From Bugula neritina (taxonomy: Eukaryota > Animalia > Bryozoa): 64,000 nucleotides of DNA. The stretch spans positions 3,534,001 through 3,598,000 of the forward strand of contig OZ037765.1 in assembly GCA_964035545.1 (NCBI GenBank), read 5' to 3'. Positions 37,261 to 49,300 of this stretch are shown here, in pieces; the first letter of the stretch is position 1, and each line of letters starts with the position of its first letter. The position numbers were made by a program, and so were the translations under genes. The notes beneath the pieces were generated by a model, which saw only the letters and a list, made by a program, of their open reading frames with translations, had not been told where the DNA came from and did no database searches.

Positions 37261-39051
37261 CAGGGATGTAGTGGTACCCATACGGTCCCATACGCCGTAT
37301 GGCCTAGAAGAAAATAGGCTGTTCTTGGCCATACGCCCGTATGGGCATATTTTTGAAAGTGTTCCTGATGATTAGTGCACAGGATAGTTAGGGCATCCTC
37401 ACTGAGAATATCATAAATTTCGCTCACAATCTAGTTTAAGTTCTTGTTTTGTTAATGCTATGTGGGTGGCATGCGTGTTGCCTACTTGTGATTGTTTAGC
37501 CTGAGATTACACTATGAATAATAAGCAGCTATCAACATTTCATCTTCTCATCTCTACGTATTCACTGAAGCGCGAAGTGCTGTGCATTGGTGATTACTAG
37601 GGAAAAAATATTTCATTTTCGGTGTATAAATCACTAATTTGTAGAAAATCAATGAAGGCTATTGAAAAGATAAAAGTAGCTGTTATGCATAAATTTCTCA
37701 GGATTCCAACAGTGTTTGTTCTATTCAAATACTATGCTTTTCTGCTGAGATATTTAGCAGGGATTGGAAAATAAACTTCAGGTAAAATTGGCCAAAAATA
37801 GTAGATTTTTGTCTATAACCTTGCAAAAAAAAATATTGAAAATTCGAAAAAGCAGGTGCTCTGGGAAATAGGAAGGTCTAAAACATAGTTTTTAAATTTT
37901 AATTCTAGCACAATAAAGTATGGTTTTATTTGGCAGGACTGAATTCTTATAATATACCAATAATGTGGCCTCAGCAATGCAGTGACAGCTAGAAAGTTGC
38001 CCTTATCTATCTTGTGTGGACTTGCATTTTGTCAATAAGCAATGAAATTTGGAAAAAAACCAACATGAAATCCAGAAATAAAATCAAAATGTATTCAGGA
38101 AAGAGTACCAGGTGTGCAGGAGAGGTTAATGAAAATTTATCACTGAGGTCTACAGGTACTATAATATCCACATTTTGGTCGAAAACCTAGCGTTATTGTA
38201 TGGTAATTATTAATGCAATGAGGTTTTGCAAACTGTACACCACCATAAGCAATCTTTTATGTTTGATTGTACCAACTCTGGCTTTACATTTAATCATCTT
38301 CTAGGTTAACACATGTTAAACCTGTCAAATTTGTTCTTTTGGGGTATATTTCCTTGATGTGTTTAGTGAAAGCTCAGGGGTTTAATTTTAAAACCAAGTT
38401 AACATACTCTTCTTTGGTGTGCTTTATTGTGTGTAAGGAGGTGCGGCGGTATCTCCTTATGGATTAGACTAGTATTCTAATAAACTCCAAATAGGTTTTC
38501 AACCAATTTCTGCTTGCCAATGAGTTATCAATTCAAATTGCTTTTTATAAATAACCAACACACATTTTCTGATTTGCAATCTTTTCTGATCTATAATTCT
38601 TTTTCTGTGCACGTCAGTGTATTAGTTATTTAAAGTAATCAGGTTGCATTTGGAGAGAACTTGTTACCTGCCTCTATCCTTCCATCTTTTTGAGATCTTC
38701 AGAAATTTTTCTGTACAGGTTGGACTTAGTGTCTGTTGAGTAAGACTACATTTAAAATTACAGTCAACAGGTATGGGACAATACTGAATATTTATATAGT
38801 TTGCAGCAATGCCCAGTCGTCATGTATAGCTGGTATGGTATGAAAATAATAGTGAGGTGCACATTTCAACACAGATTTTTTTCAGAAGAATTAAAAATCA
38901 AATGGCTTTAAATTGCATAAATTTGCATCAGAAGCGCTCTGAGGGCTTCGGCAGCCGGGGCGCTGCCCCGCACCCCGCCGGGGGCCTGGGCGGCCCCCTG
39001 GACCCCCGGCCTGAGAGTATGGCCTAGAATAATTTTGCCACTACATCCCTG
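37261..39051. mobile_element. Non-autonomous hAT-type DNA transposon, 1791 bp
   Basis: Perfect 14-bp TIRs CAGGGATGTAGTGG (37261-37274) and CCACTACATCCCTG (39038-39051); exact 8-bp TSD ACTGTAGC (37253-37260, 39052-39059). Subterminal CCATACG/GTATGGCCTAGAA motifs are present and there is no transposase ORF. Confidence 0.9.
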
Positions 39052-40316
39052 ACTGTAGCAGTAACAATTAAACTAAATAGTTGCTGTAACACTAACATCG
39101 ACACCAATAGTGACAACATAGCAGTAGTAACATCAGTTACACTACAACATATACATAGCAATCAGATAAATAGTAGCAATTTGAAAAAAAAATATTTAAT
39201 TTGTGGTCTTTTTATTGCTACCAATGCAATTTACCTATCTTAAAACTGTTTAAATGTTTTAAAAGTAAGTTACATGAAACCCACACATGAATGCTATGAA
39301 AAGTTTTCACTAGATATACAAAAAAATGTGAAAAGTTTGTGAGCTATAAGTCATAGTGTGAGTGATAATGCTACTAAACTGTTGAATTATTTTTTTAAAA
39401 CAAATTGGTTTTTATTTACTTGTACATATGTAAGCATCCAAAATTCAGTTAATAATCATTTTTAAAATAAAATTATCAACTAAAATTATTATGAAATTAA
39501 AACAAAATTAGTATTATACTATATTGTTTGAATAGCTGTTTTAAAGTTATACTAAATTATAAACATTAAATATTTTGTAACTTATATACAGGTATAACCC
39601 ATAAGACTTATTAATACGAGTAACTTATAGTGTACATCTATATTGATATGCAGGTATGATTGTTATACAAACATATAATTATGCATTAGCTTGAAGTCAG
39701 AAGTTGCAATTACCATCAGAACAACTATGCTTTTAGCACAGCATGCTCCATTCTATGACAGATTTCATTCCCAAGTGTTAACACCACACATTGCTTTTGG
39801 ATTTTGTGATATTTCATAACTACTGTATGAATTTCTGATTGTGTACTGCTATGGGACTAGGCTGAATGCAAGCATTATTAAACTGTCTAATAGCTACCTG
39901 CATGCATAAATGCCAATAAAGCTTTAGTCAAATCATATGGTTTACTTATTTTGGCTCTGTTTTATTTGCTGCAAATAGCATGCAAGCTTTTCATAAATAA
40001 CTTTTATTTTTGCGTGAACTCGAATAAAATAGGAGTTGTTTAACCTTGCCCTCCACCTGTTGCACAACTCCTTTCATAAATTAGCCAATAATTGCAAAGG
40101 TCATAGTTCACAAGGGCACATGGCTCAATAAAATAATACTTGTAACAGGTGGTGCGTGACAAGATAGTAGTAGTAGTTAATGTCATGTCATAATTTAGTA
40201 TTGTCATTTTAGTATCTAGTTTTAGTATACCGCTACTGGGCCTTTTTATCAACTATTCTTGTCTAACGAAAGCAAGTAATACCTGGTTCTCTTAGTAAAG
40301 TACTCGTAAAATCACA

Positions 40317-43300
40317 ATGGCTGGTCCCCCAACACATCTTACTGTGTTCTATGCAGCTACAGCTGGAAAACAAGGCGAAGAATTGGGTGCAGACGAGTCG
40401 CAACTTGTTAATCTTGTCTACTTGTTGTTTGACCTACTCAACAGCAAGGTAAGCTTTCAATTGCATAAATAGTAAGAGTGAACTTGTTAACTTTAAGTAC
40501 GTGCATGTTGTGTGGTTTGTAATAGTTTACCCTCTGGCTCTAGTCTACGGAAGTGGTATTCATTGTCATAGTCATAGTGAGTATGAGTAATCAATGACTA
40601 AGAGTAAGAGTAAGAAACAGAGTAAAATTATTCATGATTAATGTGCAAATGTATTTGTAATAACCTGGTTAAAGCTTTCAGTTTCAGCCCATATATGAGT
40701 TCCACCATAATGATAAATGGTAACTCTAATCAAGTGTGGGTAATGTAACTTTAAGGTTCAACAGCAACTCCAAATTAGTTTTATGGTCATTCTGACTAGT
40801 GTCCATGTCTGGTTAAGGAATATTATATTTATTATATAAACCCTTAGAGTTTAGAACAAGCCTGGTATAGGCTCACTAGTACCATTAGATTTATAGCTTT
40901 GATCTTGCTATTTTGACCTAAGACTTAAACTTCCAAGTTGGAAATATAATGTTAGTAAAACTTACACTAGTGCAACATTGACAATAAGTATAACAATTGG
41001 CAACCCACCTTCACTTTCATCATCTAACTCTATCATTCTATGCTATTAACTTTAAGTAATAGTATTAAATGTAGATGGTATCACATGAATTATATCACTG
41101 ATATTACCTGAAATTTAATTTATTCTTTTACTAGTCTGTAATAAATGACACTTTAAATTTGCCTAGTGCTAGTAATTGCTATATTGCATTTATTTTATTA
41201 AAATTATTAATTGTGATTGCTGGCAATCACTAACATGCATTAACTATAAATTATTATTAACTCTACAAATAACACTGTGAGTGTGACCTTTCAAAAACTA
41301 AGACTGAAAACATTTAAGTAACAGAAAAATTGAAGAAAGCCTTCATTCTAAATGAAAAATATAACAAAAGTAGTTATGCTCTTATAAGATTTTTAAGACT
41401 GTAGCAGTCATTTAGTATGACTTATTGTCATAGATATCTAATTCATGGAAATTTCAATTATTTGGCAAGTATTAGTAATTAAAAAAATAGTGCATAGCAG
41501 CAATAGAAACATAAAAAAGGTGTTTTTACTGTACGTTTTCCTCTCTGTCAGCGTAAATAGAACTGGGTGTCATGTGCCTATGAGTTGGATATTACACAGG
41601 ACTTCTGTACTTAGGAATTCGTACTGTGGACATGTGCAAAGGTTTGTAATGTCTCATCTAAACCAAGAACAGTAGAGGGTTATAATGATTACACAATAGC
41701 GCACCTCCACATATTATACATGAAATATTTTCATAATAAATCATTATTAATGACATCCTGGATTACTGACAAATTAAATAATGTGTTGAATGGATAATTA
41801 AATTATCTTTAGGGGTGGAGAGACAAGGGAGGTTTTCAGAAACTTGTTTTTAATAGAAATTCAGCTGCCAGGCTATAAAACAAAGTTCAATGAAACCCTT
41901 AAATTGACCTGACTAGATATAATGTCGTCTCAAGCAACTTGCTTTCCAAGCTTCTTACCCCCTGTTGTCATTCTCAGTTGCCACGGTTACATAATATGCT
42001 CTTTGTAAATGAAATTGTTCATTAAAATTAATTAAAATGGCTGATTTCCAGCTTTTTCTAAGTTGAAAAAAGGCAAAAGGTAAATTATATAATGCAAAGC
42101 TTTCAGCCAGATTGGTTTCAAGAAAGTCAACATACCTTCTTGCTAATATTATTACTAGAATTATAAATACTTATGTAACACCTGCAACCATAACATTAAC
42201 TGCATCGTATAGATGCTATGATGTTGCCCTCTGTTCCAACTATTCTCTACTAACCAACTCCAGCTGGTTATCATGTTTTGATGGCAGTGACCAACCATAA
42301 GATTTGGTAACTTGTAAACAAATCAAATTCAGTAATAAACTGACATGGCTTGTGGTTATTTTGCAATCAGCAACCACCACTGGGGTTTGGTATGTGAGCC
42401 CACCACTGCGACGCTACTGGTAGTAGGATCTTAGTGGTGACTGGTATGCCCATCAATTTCTCATCTAGAGTTTCCCACAGGACTACTTTCTGCATAATAT
42501 TATGGTCTCATTGCTTGTACAGTTAGATCACAGCACTGTACTGGTACAGGCATCTTTCTCCCTACAGATATTACATCCGTTCTTATAAAAACCTCAAGCT
42601 GCGAGTTTATAATCTGTAATGCACTATTTGCATATATAAAAACTTCGATTCTTCATAACAGTTTTAACTTTCATATATATGCCTTTGTAAAGCATTGAAT
42701 TATATACAACAAGAAGAGCCTTTTTCCTAGTATTTCCAGCCATCTATTTATAAATAGAAGGATTTTATATTCAGAAACTTAGTAGAAAATGGCGATGCAA
42801 TACTATTGCTACTAGAAAAGATATTTTATTAGTTTAGTATCTGCTTTTAAGTGTGTATTCTATGATGAAGGGTGCGTTAAAGTCAAGCTGTTGTCTTGCT
42901 GGAGAATAACTAACCTTATCTTTGAGTATTTACCAAAAGATAGATATTGGAGGTTCATGTGACGATGTGTTGTAGATAGTGACAGTACAGCAGCATTATG
43001 TGAAGCCTACTATTCACGACTACACAGACAATGTCCTATCTGAAGAGTGTAAACAGTTTACAGGGCTTAACGAAGAGCTCATCAAGAATGCACAACCTCT
43101 AGAGCAAGTTTTAGATGAGGTAAGATTGGCTGAAAGTTGAAATGCTGTTGGAATGTAGCGTGGTGTTAGAATAATGCTATTGTATGTATAGGTGTGTGCA
43201 CTTTCTGACCAGTAAGCCGTAGAAAATGACATGAAAAATGACTTTCTAAATATTTAAAATCCCCAAAAAATTGTCAATATTTTGGTGTTGGGTATTGTAT

Positions 43301-46300
43301 ATGCATTGATGTGTGGTCTTTATGTAAATAAATAGCATTTGGTAGAAGCTATCTAATAGCATGCAGTGAGTGCAGGGTTATTATCCATGGAGCAATGAGC
43401 ACCTATTAGCATCAGGCCTATGAAACGAAATCCCCCATCCTTTCATTCTATTCTCCATCATTACGTTGACATCTGATACAAAATCGTGTTAATAAATTTA
43501 ATAACTTTGAAAAGAAGAAAATGCTTGCCAGCAGTAAGACTATCTCACACTTAGGTTGCCTATTGAATTCTAGTGAGTCAATCCCCTGCATTGTTATTCC
43601 GGAGATATGAAAATGATAACGTGTGTTATTCATGAATAGAGAAGCTGTCCCATTGAGCGTCCCATCTCACTATCATCACTACATGAGCTTGCAGGATTTA
43701 TCGAAAACCTTATTTTGGTTTTAGTTGCACAGTGTTTGCTAAAGATATTATCGTGGATCTCAGATTGTAGATTACATTCTCAAGTATTTGCTAATATTTC
43801 ACTCACTGCTACCTCAAATCTCACATTATTCTCTTATTTATATAAAAAAGTAGAGAAATACTATAATCTATCTCCAGTTCATCTCTTAATATGTAGTTAG
43901 GGGTGTGGTAGAGGGTGCTAAGTAAATGTCTAGTCACCTAATCCACTCCTGTTTGCTATTCAGCTTTCATCTTGCCACAGTAGATGTTCACAATAAACCT
44001 ACTTTACCACCTGAGTATCACTGCATTTCCATGGAAAATTAATTGGAATAATGTGGAGTTTTGCTCCTACTAGTTTGTCACGTTGAATTTGCGTGTTTGA
44101 AAGAAGATTTTAAGATTCATTTCCTTTTTTACTGTAAGCCCACACGTAACACATTATACGCTACTTATTACTAACCCCACTGTGTATCTTTTCCCCTAAA
44201 GTATTCAGCAAATTAAAACCAGACTTCCTAGAAAAGATACTAGAATGCTTGTGTGCCCTTCTCACAGCCCCGCTCTAAGCCTACTTCACTCATGGAGCTT
44301 GTTTATACATCTTTAAAGGTACGTTTTATTTTAGATGGAGAGGTTTTTCAAATCAAAAGGGATTCACCCGGACTATGGCGGGAACCTGTTCTCATTCTGT
44401 GTAGATGGCCCGCAGTTACTCCGACTCTGCCTTCAAGCTGAGGCTATGCAAAAGTCTATTCAATTAAAGTCATATTTTTTCCATTACTTTGATCTCAGAA
44501 AAGAATTCCAGAAGTTGTACAAAAGACCTGCAAACTCCATTGCAGATATGTTAGAGTGTATCCTTTACCACCAACGTCATTACCATACATATACCTTCTA
44601 ATGATCATAAATGTAGAAATATTTAGTGATTTTAAATTTTTTCTCCCAAGACTTTAATAGACAACCCACAAAAATATGCTAATAATATTTCTATTTTTAC
44701 TGCTCTCCGTTTTTAAGCGCTAGTAACAAATATTCCATCAGATTTGAGCCATTTTTTCCAAACAAATTTCCTGTTTTTGCAATTTTCCATATTCAATTTA
44801 AAGCAAAACAATATATGAAGATACAGTTTTGAAATCTGATGGTGCAACACTCTCCATGTTTTCTGGGAATCAAATGGACACTCACTCATTTAGGACACTG
44901 ATACATGTTTTTATTACTTCAACACTCACTGATAGTCATACTATCATTACATACACTAACTACTAAGCTCCAAGTTCACTTCTGTTTGTGTCTTTTGTAT
45001 CTATTTGTTACACAATATTTGCTCTCTCCTTCTATACTTGACACCCTTGTGCTGAAAGGTCATTGGTGTTGTTTAGCTTTAAATGTGTAATGGTTTTGTT
45101 GTTGTTTTCCTTAACTGGTGCCCCAGTCCTCTCTATAGATGCTGATCAATCCATTGACTATGGAGTCAGGCAAGTGCATGAGATGGCCTGCGTTATCAAA
45201 AGACTTATCAATGATGGTACGTGTTTGATACCACACTATCTAAGTTCCATTTATTCACAGGCTATGTAGAAAAATATGTTGAAAGTCAAGTTGAAGGAGT
45301 TTTTGATATTTCTCACGTTTTCTCACAAAATTGAGCTGTGCAGAAATGACACAGCATTTATTTAGCACCAAGTTCTTATTTTGAAAACTTTCCAAATCAG
45401 CCTAGCATTTTTGGTAAATTCTGTTGTATATGAAAACAACTTTTCTGCATAGAAATGAAACTTTGTTTATGGCATGTCGTTTACTTGTGGAAAATATTTA
45501 ATTATTGTGAGTTTTAAGCTGAAATATAATGTGCACTTTGGCAACATAATAGATGGTTATCAAATATTTGCAGTGATTGTAAATCATTGTTTTAGTTAAT
45601 GCGTTGATGATTGATAGAAATGTATTGCCAACTGCAAGATACTGTTTATGTTTCATCCTACCATCATTTTAAACATAAACATAGTTAGTACATATGTGCT
45701 GGCAGCGATGATTAAAGAGTTTCACTTGTTATTATGCAATATTCAAAGCAGCAACATCAGCAGCAGTATAATTCCCTCTTTTGACAATAATTTTTGCCGT
45801 TTTATTGGAATTTTATTCCTGTTCCCCAGGTACCAAGTGGTTACTTTGACAGGGCCTGTGTGTTGGTAGATTTTATGGGGTAAAAGTCATTTAGGTGTTG
45901 TTGTCGAGAAACTGAGATAGCCTAAGATCTCTAGCTTTAATAACAAAATGGTTTGGGGCTGGGAACATAATTTCTTTTGCTAAAATTTCAATTTAGAACA
46001 CAAGGTTTTCTTAAATTCTTCTTTACTGGATCTTCCTTAAAACTAACAGTCAACCAAAGTTAAGTCTATAATCTTTTTAAAAAAAAAGGTTTTCAAGTAT
46101 AACAGCATGTACTTAGTGAATGTTGTGCCGGCAGAATCGTGTTTTTTTAAAAGTGACTGACAGAAAATTATCAGCAGTGAATCTCTATAAGGGATTTCTA
46201 CTTCTATTCATCAGGTTTAAATAGCTGAACTCTCAGCTGATCAAATCACAACAACCAGTGGAATATTCTAGAGTAGAGCACACTAAACAGGAACCCTTTC

Positions 46301-49300
46301 AAACACCAGGTGGCTTAAAAACATAATGGAGGGGTATTACACCACTTGACACCTTGTTATTTGCTGTTACATAGGCATATTATTACACTAAAGGTTGGAA
46401 AATGTTAGCTAAAGATTTGGGGTCACTTGTAGCCACCAGGGTGGGTAGGGGATCCACCCTATACAAACTAGTTCATAGCCTGAATATAGTTTTAGCATAA
46501 ACTGCTTCCACAGTAACTGAAGTCATTTGGTGCTGATGAGAATCCAAGCTACCAACACAGGTGCTGTTTATCTTCTAACAGTTTCAAAATGTCCATTACT
46601 GATAGACCCTGGCAAGTGTTGAACTAGCCAGCTTCTAAGCACTTCTGAGTGGAGAGGAATATATTGCATAACAACTAAGATATGATAAGCTGTGTGTCTT
46701 GTTTCAACACCATTGATGCACGCACCAGCTGTTTAGAATAGCCATGAATCTAATGTTATTTGAGAACACTTCATGGGCTGTGAATTAGATAATAATAAGC
46801 AGCCGACAAAGTTGGCATCGAAACTTATTCTACTTGTCAACATCGCAAAAAGTGGCTGGTGCCATTTTGAGAGCCAAGTAAACTAATGGCTTTATCAGCT
46901 CCACTGGTTGTAGCAAAACACTCTTCATTATTACTCAGTCGGCCAACCATCATTTTATGGTCCAATAAGTTTCTAGTTTCTATATTTAGTATTCTGTACA
47001 GAGTAGAGACTACAACTTTGGCCTAATAACTACCTACATAGACATAGAGCTGAATTATAATTTATAGTATTTTTCTTTGAAGCCGGTTATTAACTGCTGT
47101 GGTTAAAGTAGTCGACACCCATTATTTACAATCCACAAAATGACATGGTTGCTTGCACTTTGATGTCTCGCTATAACCTGGTGTTTTCAATTCAGTAGTG
47201 GGTCACCTGAGTATTGGTTTCGTGTTGCTTTATCCACTTGGCTATTTCAAAAATGTGCAGTAGTTGTTCAAAGCTTTCATCAATCTAACTGAAATTGTTG
47301 GTGAAAACCTACCGCTTTTAAATGGCCCACATTCTTCTCTGATATCACACAGCTACCATGATCTCCACGTAGTGATAGGAAGTCACTATGCTGAGGGTAT
47401 ATTTCCTTCCAGTCAGGGTTGCTGGGCGGCTACAGTTGTTTGCTATACAGATGTTTTCAGATGAGACATAGAAGTTACTTTGAAGAAGAAGCTGGTAGAG
47501 CTAGAGATGATCAGCAAGTAGTATATGTGAAGTGTACCGTCTGTGATAAACAAGATATCTCTTCCAGACAGTCTCTAACCAAGTATATGTATGTATTTTC
47601 AGGTCACCAGTTCACTGAGCCTGAGAGAATTAAAGACAGACTACAGCCAGGCATATGGTAGGTTGGTGTATATTAACTCCCCTCTCACAATATTATCCTC
47701 TCTTCTCATTTCGCTATTTATTTCAACTTTGTTCACCATTTATTCTTTTTATTCTCTTCTATTTTTCTTTTTTGTTTCTTTAGTTTAAGGGTTTTCTTGG
47801 ATATTTCTGTGGAAATTAAAATAATATAATTAGACAATTATTCATTATTACAACCAGTGTGTCTATTCACATGACCTAGAATTAGTTGTTTTATCCAATC
47901 AGAAACACTCATTGAATAAGTGGAACTAACTGTGAATAAACATAATTGAATTTAAACTCCTCATTAATCATAAAACTATAGAAAAATATTTATCTGATGG
48001 CATAGTTACTGCTAAAGTAATATTTTTTCTGTTGGTGTATTAATAACTGTCTAGATGAAAGACATGTTTAGTCACCTACTCAAGTCAAGTGTTGTGTTTA
48101 GTGTTTTCGTTTTAATTAATGCTCAAAATAGTCTTAATTTACAAATATGCAACAGTTGAGAAGAAACACACAGTTGATTATAGTTGTAAAATTAGTCTAC
48201 ACTCTTATATTGTAATCATTTGATGCTCTTTGGTCAAACTCTACATATCAATTTCTTTATTATCAACTGCATTTGGAGTTTGACTGTTATAATTTATCAA
48301 CTGTATTCCAACTCTCCAGTTCCTTTCAGCCAGATTCTAAGTAGATAGTAACTTGTGAATTCCTGGCGTAACTGCAATAAGTTTCAGTGAATAGTTCTGG
48401 GTTAACCAAGTTACCCAACTATGGTGAATAATATCAAAATAAATTGGCTGAAGTATTTGAGTCATCTAAAACACATGCCAGTAGCTTCAGAATGCTGGGG
48501 AATCCATCCAGTGGTTACAGCACTGTGCTTTATTCTTATCAGGCTTCCTATAACATTTAGTTGAATCAATTTTTATATAATTTTGCCATAGGTAGTTGTA
48601 TAAATACTTTAATTTTAGCAATAAATCAGACTACGTGGATGATGACACAGTGGTGAGAGCTCGAGGGTTACCGTGGCAGTCTTCTGATGCGGACATTGCT
48701 AGGTTCTTCACTGGACTCAACATTGCTAAGTAAGTTAATTCACTGAATGTGTAAGTATGTGAAATCACTGAGTGTAAGTACATGCACTTTCAGTAAAATC
48801 ACCTACTTACACTGGGAATGTAAGTGGGTAATTTTACTGAAAGTATATGTAAATTAGTTCACTAAACGTAAGTATTGGAATTGTTGAGAGAGTAAGTAAA
48901 GTAAGTTACTGAGTTTGTGGATGTTAGTTTTCTGAGTGTGTTTGTATGTTAAGTAACTGAGATTGTAAGTAAGTAAGTTCACTGAGGGAGTAAGTTAATT
49001 CACTGAGTGTAAGTAAACTAATTTACTGAGTTACTAAGTTGGTTTACTGAGGGTGTATCTAAGTGAATGTACTGTCACAGTCAGTGTGATCAAACAGAAC
49101 AGCTGCTCAAAGTCAATGTCTCTGTAATGGAGAGATTCTGTGCAGACGTACACCATTAGACTGAGAGTTGATGCTATTGAAGGTCCACTAGGGCTCTCAT
49201 TCATCACCAGCCTGTCATAGCTACTAGCACCAAACTTAAAGCATTTCTACTTGGTACCAGCATGATTTACTCATTGGTCATGAGTTGTTGATGCAACACC

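Noticed and set aside
37400-38900. Transposase gene or nested element inside the hAT element
   Set aside because: No ORF of 60 aa or more, no recognisable DDE or hAT dimerisation motif, and no clear nested TIR/TSD.
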